Shown here one piece after another: positions 31,053 through 39,799 of a DNA stretch of 64,000 bases. The DNA lies in NCBI GenBank assembly GCA_965228855.1, contig CBDDIJ010000003.1, positions 2,240,001 to 2,304,000 on the forward strand. The letters run 5' to 3'. The stretch's first letter is position 1. Every line of letters starts with the position of its first letter. The notes under the pieces were generated by a model. It ran no database searches, was not told the origin of the DNA, and was given only the letters and a program-made list of their open reading frames with translations. Both the position numbers and the translations under genes were made by a program. Source of the DNA: Candidatus Obscuribacterales bacterium. GTDB taxonomy: Bacteria; Cyanobacteriota; Vampirovibrionia; Obscuribacterales; Obscuribacteraceae.

Positions 31053-32405
31053 CTAGTACCGCATGCGGTGATGGCTTAGCTCGAAGTCCTGGTCGAGGCT
31101 ATAGGCTTCCGCCTCGGACGACTTTACGATTATGTATGCGTTCGCCAGCTCCTCTCCAAGTGTCTTCATCATGTAGACATCTGCTTCCAGTTCTGTAAGT
31201 GCCTGCTGAAGCGTTTCCGGTAAGCGAACCGCGCCGCACTCCTCACGCTCCTCATCTGATAAATCAGCTGGATCTATTGTCACCGGTTTCGGTGGCTTTA
31301 GTTTTTTGCGAACGCCATCAAGTCCTGCCGCAATTATGCATGCCAATGCAATATAGGGATTCATGGTGGCATCGACGCACTTCACTTCAATATTCGACGA
31401 AGCCATCTCATGTCCCCAGTACACGGAGGGAACTCGCACTGCCGCCTCGCGGTTTTCATACCCCCAACATTTATAAGCCGAAGACCAGTGTTTCGGTTTC
31501 AACCTTCTATATGAATTAAATGAGGGGCAGGTCACCGCCAGTAGTGCTGGTAGATGCTCAACGATTCCTGCGACGAACTGCAAGCCGAATTCGCTCAATC
31601 GACCTTCATCAGCCCAGAGCAAGTTTCGCTCCCCGTATTGGTCCCAAACCGAAAGATGAAGGTGACAGCCGTTTCCAGGCTGGTCTTCAAACGGTTTTGG
31701 CGCGCAGGTCACAAGCATGTCCTGTTCCAATGCTAAACCGCGCAGAGTCTCACGCAGCATCACCCACTGATCGCAAGCCGCCAGTGCCGGCTGATGGGAG
31801 ATACTTACCTCATGCTGCCCATGTCCAAGTTCCGGATAATACTGCTCTACCTGCAACCGCTGGCGGTGCAAATAATCTACGAGCTTTGAAACGTACCTGT
31901 TAGCACGATTCATTCCATCCGTGCCGAAACAAACGCTATTGTCCACAGAAACAAAGCGCCCATCGAAGTCTTTGCTACCAAGAAAGAACTCGGTCTCGAA
32001 AGCAGCTTGAATCGACAATCCCATCGACGCGGCTTCAGCAATCTGTTTCTTCAGCAATGAGCGTGGACAGAGCGCCCACGGTTTCTTATCCAGGTCAATC
32101 AAATCGCAAATCATCGAAGCTGTTGTACCGACGAACGGAAGCACCGTAAATGTGTCCAAATCTGGTACCATCCGAACTTCACCGACGGCACCTAATCCGG
32201 TATCAGACTGCGGTCTGTCCAGCGAATTCATGGCGAGCTGACCCTTGACCAGACCGATGCCCGTATCGATTCGATCCTTGAGCCTCGGCAGAGACGAATT
32301 CTTGCCGCGAACCATACTGCAGAAATCAACGTATAAGAATCGTACGAGATTGACGCCAAATTTATTGGCCGTTTCCATTACATCGTCCTTGGTCTTTTTC
32401 TGCAT
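31053..32405 (-). CDS. Glutamine synthetase-like (gamma-glutamyl ligase) protein, FluG C-domain-like
   Basis: GEVRMVPD, FETEF, PELGHGQHE, PKP....GNGCHLHLS, NSYRRL, WGYENREAAVR, NIEVK..DAT.NPY. Confidence 0.9.
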   Translation of the reverse strand: MQKKTKDDVMETANKFGVNLVRFLYVDFCSMVRGKNSSLPRLKDRIDTGIGLVKGQLAMNSLDRPQSDTGLGAVGEVRMVPDLDTFTVLPFVGTTASMICDLIDLDKKPWALCPRSLLKKQIAEAASMGLSIQAAFETEFFLGSKDFDGRFVSVDNSVCFGTDGMNRANRYVSKLVDYLHRQRLQVEQYYPELGHGQHEVSISHQPALAACDQWVMLRETLRGLALEQDMLVTCAPKPFEDQPGNGCHLHLSVWDQYGERNLLWADEGRLSEFGLQFVAGIVEHLPALLAVTCPSFNSYRRLKPKHWSSAYKCWGYENREAAVRVPSVYWGHEMASSNIEVKCVDATMNPYIALACIIAAGLDGVRKKLKPPKPVTIDPADLSDEEREECGAVRLPETLQQALTELEADVYMMKTLGEELANAYIIVKSSEAEAYSLDQDFELSHHRMRY

Positions 32406-32627
32406 TTTCCTTTGTCCAACTAAATTTTCTTGCCGCGAATTTTCGATCGCGATTTATTCCAGAATACTCGCTGCACACGGCAGTTGCTTGCAATTTTACA
32501 GCAGTCAGCGAAATCGATTTCGATTATTAAAACAGGCTGTCAAGGGGCTTTTGGCGTGTTATTCGGTTAGAAACGAGGGAACAATAGTTGTACCAAGGAA
32601 GGTTTCTCTCCGGACAAGTTAGTTCCG

Positions 32628-33179
32628 GTGCTGGTTGGTATTGCTATGTCTCCGACAAGGATACTCAAAATTTACTACACGGCGACGCTCCTAGCGGGGT
32701 TCGCAATGACGATTCCGGTTTCTCACTGGGTCAAACTCGATGAACTCGGCACACGCGGAGCGTTCGGCTTGATCCTCTGCTGGAATGTGTTCTGTTTGAT
32801 GATTCTGCCGCTCGTAATCGACTGGGCGGAAAGAAGTTACTTAAAAGCGCGATTCGTCGCCCTCCAAGATATCGCGAAAGACAACCCTGAGCTGGCAGCG
32901 GTCATCACCGCACAATGCGAGCGTCTCTCAATAAGCAGTTTGAAGCTGGCCGTCGTCGACACGCCTGCTAGCGAGATGATGTCGTACGGCTTGTGGCGCT
33001 CAAATCCTCGCCTGATCGTTCCTGGCGATTTGTTGAAACCTGAAAATCAGGAAAAGGCAATTCCAAGTGTTGAAGCTGAACTGGCACGATTTATAAAACG
33101 CGACGACAACACAACAATCTATCTAATTTTCGCGGGCTTCGAAGCGATGATGCTCGTATTGCTCGTCTGGCTGACTTAG
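32628..33179 (+). CDS. Hypothetical membrane protein
   Basis: 183-aa ORF with three hydrophobic segments, filling the intergenic gap. Confidence 0.7.
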   Translation: MLVGIAMSPTRILKIYYTATLLAGFAMTIPVSHWVKLDELGTRGAFGLILCWNVFCLMILPLVIDWAERSYLKARFVALQDIAKDNPELAAVITAQCERLSISSLKLAVVDTPASEMMSYGLWRSNPRLIVPGDLLKPENQEKAIPSVEAELARFIKRDDNTTIYLIFAGFEAMMLVLLVWLT

Positions 33180-33194
33180 AGCGCGACTGTCTTA

Positions 33195-34793
33195 TTAGTG
33201 TCGCTCTTCTTCGAACATGATCGATTCGAAGATGTCATAGTGGGCACTGTTACGCCAATCTTGAGCTCCAAAGCCGGCTTTACGAGCAAGCTGACTCAAA
33301 GTTTCCTCCAACGTCCAGCCAAATTCCGATGCAACATGCGGGAGAAAAACCGATTGCCGCCCGCGCAGATACATCACAATTCCGTGTTTGCCGATCTCGA
33401 TTTCTTCTTCAGATTGGGCGCGTGTGAGCGGCGTCAAAACGCTGACCTCAATGTCGATATCACTGAGTTCGCTTTCCTTTACCTCAATGAAGCGCGGATC
33501 TTTAGAGCAAGAACCAATTGCATTATCAATCACAGCCTCGATAAGCGGCTTGATTGGCCAGATGTAGCCAATGCAACCACGCAAATCGCGGTCCTCAGGT
33601 GTCCCATCGGCACGAATCCTCTCGCTGCCACCACCGGCGCTACCAGCCGATCTTGGCTTCGGGTTGCCATGTTTGAATAATGTGACAAACGCGCCGAGCG
33701 GTTGCCTCATCGCTGGTGTTATTTCGACACCAGCATCTTCTGCTCTCAAGACCTTTTTCTCGCGAACAAACAGGTCGAGCGCCTGCCGCGCAACAAACAG
33801 CAAGTCGGACTTTTCGATTTCGTTGAGCAACTCTTCTTTGGATAAACCTTTATCAGCTTCCCATGAAGCGGCTCCATCGGCTCCAGTGAAAGCAATAGCT
33901 AGATAGGAAACCGAATTTTCCTTTTCGTCGCTGCTTACATCCATGGATGTTCGATACTGCAGCAACTCTGCCTTGGCGCCGGGCGGCAACATCGATAGTA
34001 GAACTGCTGTCGGATAGAAACCACATATGGTGCATCGAGTCCGGTCGTGAAACTCTAGAAATCCGGGAAGATCAGCATGTTCGAGACAACGGAAAGCCTC
34101 CAGATCTAATTCCTTGACCTTTTCGGGGGCGACTGAAGTGGGGAATGGAACGTAATCATAGCGCGGACCATAGTGAGTAAAATCGGAACTAACGACGACA
34201 AGATCATCCTCATGGATGTAGCGCCGTATTATCTGCCCGACTAAGCGAACATCGCCCGGATCGGTCAAAAGCCCAACTATAAGCGGCACAATCGGCACTT
34301 CACCAAATGCTTTTCGAATAAATGAAAGTTGCAGTTCGAGCGAATGTTCTTTCTGATGAACTTCGCGCGATTCGTCAAACATCGGATACTGCAAGAGAGC
34401 ATCAATTGTCTTTCTGTCGAGAGGCAAGTCACCAAGCGGCGTTTCAAAGCTTTCATCCGGAGTGAGGACAACGCCTTGAAATCCGACATAATGACTCGGC
34501 CCCATCAGGAAGACACGTTTGGGCTTGAATCGTTTTGCAAAACTATAAGCAACCCCGGCAGTGGCACCGGAATAGATATAACCGGCATGCGGAGCGATAA
34601 TCGCATACAGAGCTTGCTTCAAATCGTCGAAATGGGCAGTTGCCGGATTACGTACTAAAACATCCTCGCCAGCGCTAAGATACCCACTCACTTCCTCATC
34701 AAGCGCCTTCGAATTGCCTTCATACCAGGTGCCGGCAAACCGAGTCGGCCGCTTACTACTTCTACCCTTATCTTTTCGGCCGAAAATGTTCAT
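33195..34793 (-). CDS. AmmeMemoRadiSam protein B/A fusion (MEMO1 + AMMECR1 domains)
   Basis: N-part: AGTWY, PHAGYIYSG, GPSH, EHSLELQL, SSDFTHYG, TICG, SVSY. C-part: GAFVTL, LRGCIG, DPRF, EVSVLT, FLPHVA. Confidence 0.93.
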   Translation of the reverse strand: MNIFGRKDKGRSSKRPTRFAGTWYEGNSKALDEEVSGYLSAGEDVLVRNPATAHFDDLKQALYAIIAPHAGYIYSGATAGVAYSFAKRFKPKRVFLMGPSHYVGFQGVVLTPDESFETPLGDLPLDRKTIDALLQYPMFDESREVHQKEHSLELQLSFIRKAFGEVPIVPLIVGLLTDPGDVRLVGQIIRRYIHEDDLVVVSSDFTHYGPRYDYVPFPTSVAPEKVKELDLEAFRCLEHADLPGFLEFHDRTRCTICGFYPTAVLLSMLPPGAKAELLQYRTSMDVSSDEKENSVSYLAIAFTGADGAASWEADKGLSKEELLNEIEKSDLLFVARQALDLFVREKKVLRAEDAGVEITPAMRQPLGAFVTLFKHGNPKPRSAGSAGGGSERIRADGTPEDRDLRGCIGYIWPIKPLIEAVIDNAIGSCSKDPRFIEVKESELSDIDIEVSVLTPLTRAQSEEEIEIGKHGIVMYLRGRQSVFLPHVASEFGWTLEETLSQLARKAGFGAQDWRNSAHYDIFESIMFEEERH

Positions 34794-34832
34794 CCTGAAG
34801 TCCTATTACCGGCTGCCAGTCTTATGGCATCG

Positions 34833-35348
34833 CTATTCGGGTTTCGGTGGTGGCGCCATCGGATCCATTTTTGTGGTGATGTTCCTATTCGAGTCGCCGT
34901 GCGGATCAGCGTATGACTCAAATATGACTGTAAGCTTGACGCGCTCGCCCGCGCCCGCGGGCAGACTACCCATTGGCTGAGCTTTCGCGAACGCTTCATT
35001 AGCAGCTTGTTCCGCCTGCTGGTTCGAAGGTGCGCTGCTAATACTGAGGTCGGAGGCAATTCCATCCGAGGCAACTGTCGCGGTCAGTGTAACTCGATTT
35101 TTGCCGTCAGCCAGCTCCCAGTACTGATCGAGCTTATCGCGCAAACCCGATAGATAGCTGTTGATCGCAGCGGTATTCAGGTTCGGCCCCCCCTGACGTT
35201 GCGCGGGTTTGGCGGGCGCTTTTTTCTTAGCTTGAGCTAAAGCCGCAAAATTGCAGTTTCCCGTCGGAGACAAAAGGTTGAATCCGGAGACCAGTATCAA
35301 TGAGGACACGGACAGGATACCTTTTCTCAGCAACGCGTTCATCTTCAC
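34833..35348 (-). CDS. TonB/TolA C-terminal domain protein, exported
   Basis: Signal peptide; Y...LRDKLDQYW, VTLTATVASDG and AA..A...AQP...LP pattern. Confidence 0.7.
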   Translation of the reverse strand: MKMNALLRKGILSVSSLILVSGFNLLSPTGNCNFAALAQAKKKAPAKPAQRQGGPNLNTAAINSYLSGLRDKLDQYWELADGKNRVTLTATVASDGIASDLSISSAPSNQQAEQAANEAFAKAQPMGSLPAGAGERVKLTVIFESYADPHGDSNRNITTKMDPMAPPPKPE

Positions 35349-35390
35349 TCCTAAATAGAACGAAAACCAATCTTCCTTCAGTTTAACATC

Positions 35391-36596
35391 TTATTTTTGT
35401 CGAAAAATTCCGAACGAAGAGGTATAACCATGCAAATAAGTGTTATTGCCGACCGGACCAATTTCACCATTGCAAAAGAAACCGCCAAGCGGCACCGCTC
35501 CCAAATAATCGCGAAAGCAATCGCTGTCATGATTGGGACGTCCATAGAGATATTCGCCACGCCCCAAGCACGAAAACAGCAGCGCGCCTTTGACACCGTC
35601 TGCGGTTCCGTCCAATTTTTCATCACGATACTTTTTTAGTAGCAAGCGCAAATCATCTGCTGAGGTCGCTGCATCGCGGACGTGAAACTGAACTGTCCGT
35701 GCATCGTCAAGGATTTCACCGACTACCAGCGCACCTGAGTTTTGTTCTATGCCGATGATGTTGCGAACAAGAAAATCTCCAGCTTTTGGCTTTTCATCTG
35801 ATTCTTCCATCACGACGCCGAGAAACATTGCATCTCGGACCAAACCGCGTTCAACCTCGGACAGGTCGTCCATAGTTTTCTTGAGACTCATTATCGCCGG
35901 CTCTCCGTCCAACTCGTAGAGAATATGACGTTTGGATCTTGTGATTTTTAGAGGCTTGCCGATAGGTTTACAGCCTTGCGCCACAACACTATCTACAATT
36001 ATGTTTCCAGTAAACGCAACCCCAACTAGTCCTGAACGCAAAGTGTGATCGTTCAAAAACAAAACATTGCTGCCTGGCTCATTGGCACCACTAGCCAGAC
36101 CACCTATCTTGATTGAGCCGGGGAATGCATAATCCAGACCACGAATTACGTCATCGGAGTGAATCGTAAATGGATCTGGCATGATTATGAAAGCCGGCTT
36201 TTCAGCGGGTTTTACACAGAAGAGATCAATCCAGGAATCAGGTGACGCATCGGAATCAGGAAGTTGCTCTTTGGTTATATGAAACGCGTTTATTCCAACG
36301 TCCGGCAGCGAGGCTGCGGTGAAAGATACGCATGGTTTATGCTCGATCTCCTTGCCACCACCTATGGAGCCACCGGCAGAGCAGCCAATGAACACCTTGG
36401 CTCCGAAAGCTGCTTTCGCAAGATCGGGAACATCATCGAATTGATCGATAAACTGCGGTGCGATAAATCCAATTAACAGATCTGGTTTCTCTATTTCCCG
36501 TTTGATCTGTTTTGCGCACTCATTGATAGCACGTTCGAGTTCATCCGGGCCTCTTCCGAGCCCCTCGGGACCATAGAGTGCCGATGCCCATTTCAT
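35391..36596 (-). CDS. FIST signal-transduction domain protein
   Basis: GCSAGG, DPF, GGLASG, VAQGCKPIG, FHVRD, LFSCLGRG, GFFCNGEIGP and LHGYT motifs. Confidence 0.92.
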   Translation of the reverse strand: MKWASALYGPEGLGRGPDELERAINECAKQIKREIEKPDLLIGFIAPQFIDQFDDVPDLAKAAFGAKVFIGCSAGGSIGGGKEIEHKPCVSFTAASLPDVGINAFHITKEQLPDSDASPDSWIDLFCVKPAEKPAFIIMPDPFTIHSDDVIRGLDYAFPGSIKIGGLASGANEPGSNVLFLNDHTLRSGLVGVAFTGNIIVDSVVAQGCKPIGKPLKITRSKRHILYELDGEPAIMSLKKTMDDLSEVERGLVRDAMFLGVVMEESDEKPKAGDFLVRNIIGIEQNSGALVVGEILDDARTVQFHVRDAATSADDLRLLLKKYRDEKLDGTADGVKGALLFSCLGRGEYLYGRPNHDSDCFRDYLGAVPLGGFFCNGEIGPVGNNTYLHGYTSSFGIFRQK

Positions 36597-36622
36597 TTAT
36601 TTGACCTCTTGCTAAATTTAGT

Positions 36623-38014
36623 CTACTCGGGAGCCGTCATCTTGAACGGATCGAGCAATTCGTCCAGTTGATTCTCGGTCAAGTTTGTCGTCTCAAGGGC
36701 AATCTCACGAACAGTTTTTCCGCTCTCGAAAGCCTGTTTCGAAATTTTCGCGGAAGCATCATATCCGATTGCCGGTACGAGCGCGGTAGACAAAGCCAAT
36801 CCTCGCTCAACTAGTTCAGGACCACGTTCTGTCGCCTTGATACCATCAACACACTGTCGCGCAAAGTTCTCGGCAGCCGAAGCAAGCAGGTTTATCGATT
36901 CCAAAAGATTGTAAGCGGCAACCGGCATCATAACGTTCAACTCAAAATTTCCGGATTGTCCGGCAATTGAAACGGTCGCGTCATTTCCTATGACCTGGGC
37001 TGCCACCATAGCTAGTGACTCAGCAATCACCGGATTGACCTTTCCGGGCATAATCGAACTGCCCGGTTGGACCTCAGGAAGAGCAATCTCGCTGAAGCCG
37101 GCACGAGGACCGCAGCCGAGCCAGCGAATGTCATTTGCTATTTTGATCAAACTGCACGCAACTGTTTTCATCACACCAGACGCGTCAACAACTTCATCCA
37201 AAGTACTTTGAGCTTGGAAATGATTAGTCGTCTCGGTAATCTGATAATCGATCATCTTCGAAAGCTTTTCCAGAACGCGACCGGCGAAATCACTCCTGCT
37301 GTTTATTCCGGTACCGACGGCGGTGCCACCGAGAGCTACCGAACTGAGCCTGGTGAAGGCGTAGACAACCCGTTCGCGGGCGCGCTCGACCTGACCGGCG
37401 TAACCAAGAAATTCCTGCCCAAGCCTTATTGGAGTGGCATCCTGTAAATGTGTCCTGCCGGTTTTAATCACAGGCATGAACTCATCTGACTTCTGACGCA
37501 GACTCTTCTCAAGCAATGTCAGAGCCGGGTGCAAACGTTCTTTCATATCAATAATTGCGGCGACATGAATCGCCGTAGGAATAGAATCGTTCGAACTCAC
37601 GCCTTTATTGACATGGTCGTTCGGATGGACGAGCCCGCGGTCGCCAAGCTTGCCACCCAATATCTCAATAGCCCGGTTAGCAATAACCTCGTTAGCATTC
37701 ATGTTGGTCGAGGTGCCGGAGCCGGTCTGGAAAATGTCAACTGGAAATTCGGAATCGTACTTGCCATCTGCCACTTCCCTGGCGGCCTGCATAATCGCAT
37801 CGGCGTGCTTTGCATCAAGCTCCTGAAGTTCCTTATTAACCTCAGCACAGCAATATTTGATCAACCCCAGCGCGCGAATGAAAGATCTTGAAAAGCGCAA
37901 ATTGGATATCGGAAAGTTCAAAACCGCTCGTTGCGTGCTTGCACCGTAATATGCGTTGCATGGTACCTGCATCTCGCCCATCGAGTCTCGCTCAATTCTT
38001 GTCTTCTCAGCCAT
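36623..38014 (-). CDS. fumC: Fumarate hydratase class II
   Basis: R.E.DSMG, QTGSGTSTNMN.NE, GRTHLQDATP and GSSIMPGKVNP signature; likely start ATG 38014. Confidence 0.95.
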   Translation of the reverse strand: MAEKTRIERDSMGEMQVPCNAYYGASTQRAVLNFPISNLRFSRSFIRALGLIKYCCAEVNKELQELDAKHADAIMQAAREVADGKYDSEFPVDIFQTGSGTSTNMNANEVIANRAIEILGGKLGDRGLVHPNDHVNKGVSSNDSIPTAIHVAAIIDMKERLHPALTLLEKSLRQKSDEFMPVIKTGRTHLQDATPIRLGQEFLGYAGQVERARERVVYAFTRLSSVALGGTAVGTGINSRSDFAGRVLEKLSKMIDYQITETTNHFQAQSTLDEVVDASGVMKTVACSLIKIANDIRWLGCGPRAGFSEIALPEVQPGSSIMPGKVNPVIAESLAMVAAQVIGNDATVSIAGQSGNFELNVMMPVAAYNLLESINLLASAAENFARQCVDGIKATERGPELVERGLALSTALVPAIGYDASAKISKQAFESGKTVREIALETTNLTENQLDELLDPFKMTAPE

Positions 38015-38385
38015 CACAAGTCCCTTGATTACTTTCAAATCGGCGGACACGATCGTAACGCCGCCGGAACGCCCCATTGTGGCAGAATGGAGTCGAGAAT
38101 TCCTGAGATCCGGTCTTGGCCGTTCTCATATATAGGTAGAAGTTATTTTTCTAGATCTCGGACATGCGTCAAGAGCCTGATCGATAGAGCTTTTACATCA
38201 CAAGAGAATGAAACTCACACGCACGCAGTATAAGCTTTGTATATATACTTCATCTCCATTAGCCACCAAAGGCGCCACCACTGTAGTCCCACCGATCAGT
38301 CATATCGCATATCGCCGAAAACCACTGCACGTCCTGACTTCTTGGCAATATTTACCACGTTAGAATCAAATGTCTTATGGGGTAC

Positions 38386-38413
38386 TTCCAATATCTATTC
38401 CAGGTGCTAAACT
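38386..38413 (+). promoter_or_regulatory. Putative sigma70-type promoter, copy 1
   Basis: TTCCAA-16 bp-TAAACT with extended -10 TG (TGCTAAACT); conserved in copy 2. Confidence 0.65.
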
Positions 38414-38417
38414 AATG

Positions 38418-38632
38418 ACATAAACGGTGAGCACACACCAAATGGTTGAGTGCGTTGAGCCGAGGGGCCTTACGGAAACGCCAGACGGCGCCGTTCGGAA
38501 ACGGTAGTAAGTGAGCCCGCACCACGCTGACATCTGATGCGCACGTGATGAAATACTGTGCCTTTCGCAAGGGGCACATCAGACAGTAGCTAAAACACCG
38601 CTCGAGAGAAATCTGAGTGGTGTTTTTGTTTG
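38418..38632 (+). ncRNA. Unidentified structured ncRNA, copy 1 (~215 nt)
   Basis: Bounded by promoter and terminator; multiple stems; identical to copy 2 except in one hairpin loop. Confidence 0.75.
38592..38631 (+). terminator. Intrinsic terminator of ncRNA copy 1
   Basis: AAAACACCGCTC-GAGAGAAATCT-GAGTGGTGTTTT-TGTTT. Confidence 0.85.
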
Positions 38633-38787
38633 CGCGCCCATGAGCATATCGAACGCATATCGAATAGTCACCACCGGCGCCACCACTGTAGTCCCATAGC
38701 CTATTAATGATCTATATTCCGGAAACCGCACAGCAAGCGGATACTGACAATAGCGATTCGAGATCTCTTAAATGTCTAAAGGGGTAC

Positions 38788-38815
38788 TTCCAAGATCTCG
38801 CTTCGATGCTATACT
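38788..38815 (+). promoter_or_regulatory. Putative sigma70-type promoter, copy 2
   Basis: TTCCAA-16 bp-TATACT with extended -10 (TGCTATACT). Confidence 0.7.
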
Positions 38816-38819
38816 AATT

Positions 38820-39035
38820 ACATAAACGGTGAGCACACACCAACACGGTTGAGTGCGTTGAGCCGAGGGGCCTTACGGAAACGCCAGACGGCGCCGTTCG
38901 GAAACGGTAGTAAGTGAGCCCGCACCACGCTGACATCTGATGCGCACGTGATGAAATACTGTGCCTTTCGCAAGGGGCACATCAGACAGTAGCTAAAACA
39001 CCGCTCGAGAGAAATCTGAGTGGTGTTTTTGTTTG
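38820..39035 (+). ncRNA. Unidentified structured ncRNA, copy 2 (~216 nt)
   Basis: As copy 1, with loop AACAC instead of AAAT; same terminator at 38995-39034. Confidence 0.75.
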
Positions 39036-39086
39036 TGCATTAGTAGCGAGCTTTGAATGTATTCGGAACAAAGTTGCCGCTCGTGT

Positions 39087-39749
39087 CTAAATCAAACCTT
39101 CACGCATGGCTTTGACTGCGGCTTGTGTACGATCGGACACGGCCAGCTTCTCCATGATGTGTCGCATGTGAGTCTTGACAGTCTCGACGCTTAAAACGAG
39201 CTTGTCTGCAATTTCTTGATTGGTAGACCCATCTACGACCAACCGCAATACATCCAGTTCGCGAGATGAAAGTGTAGAGGCTGGGTTTGCTTTTTCATCC
39301 TCTCGGTCTTTGCCACCCGTTCCGATAGAACGCAATACTCGACCTGCAATTCCAGGATCAAGCCAGGCAACTCCCTCAGCAACGGCCTTGATTGCCATAA
39401 CCAATTGCTGTGACGGCGCTTCCTTCAAGCAGTAGCCATCGGCACCTGCAGAGAGCGCAGCAAATACATGACGGTCGTCATCGTGCGAAGTCAACATTAT
39501 GATTCGCTGGTCGGGACTGTCGGTCTTGATCTGTTTAGTCGCCTCAATCCCATTGAGAACCGGAAGTCCAATGTCCATTAACACCACGTTGGGTTTCAAT
39601 GCCAGAGCAGTTGCAACCGCTTCTTGACCATCCTGAGCAACTCCAAGAACCTTGATTCCGTAGTTTGCCTCAAGAATTACCTTGAGACCTACTCGCGCAA
39701 TCTCCTGGTCCTCGACAATCACAACTGATATGCCAGTATCTTCGACCAT
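39087..39749 (-). CDS. NarL/LuxR family response regulator
   Basis: IVED, LMDIGLP..NG, MLTS, GADGY.LK; HTH LSSRELDVL..TNQEIA..L.LS.ETVKTH. Confidence 0.95.
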   Translation of the reverse strand: MVEDTGISVVIVEDQEIARVGLKVILEANYGIKVLGVAQDGQEAVATALALKPNVVLMDIGLPVLNGIEATKQIKTDSPDQRIIMLTSHDDDRHVFAALSAGADGYCLKEAPSQQLVMAIKAVAEGVAWLDPGIAGRVLRSIGTGGKDREDEKANPASTLSSRELDVLRLVVDGSTNQEIADKLVLSVETVKTHMRHIMEKLAVSDRTQAAVKAMREGLI

Positions 39750-39799
39750 CTCGACGCTTCCAACCTTCTGAAAACTTCTACCTATCCTAGCACGGCTAC

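Larger units (their letters stand above)
38260..39035 (+). repeat. Tandem duplication of a ~403-bp non-coding unit
   Basis: Conserved blocks recur at an offset of 402-405 bp; no ORF of 60 aa or more in the region. Confidence 0.95.

Noticed and set aside
38534..38556. Hammerhead ribozyme core (CTGATG...GAAA)
   Set aside because: The sequence is CTGATGC rather than CUGANGA, and stems II and III with an NUH site do not form properly
38415..38590. Small ORFs inside the duplicated RNA (MVECVEP..., MKYCAFRKGHIRQ, and a 55-aa antisense ORF)
   Set aside because: The first loses its ATG and the antisense ORF is frameshifted in copy 2; the 13-aa ORF has no RBS
38260..39035. CRISPR array or IS/MITE interpretation of the duplicated unit
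   Set aside because: Only two long copies, no short repeat-spacer periodicity, no cas or transposase gene, and no terminal inverted repeats or target duplication seen
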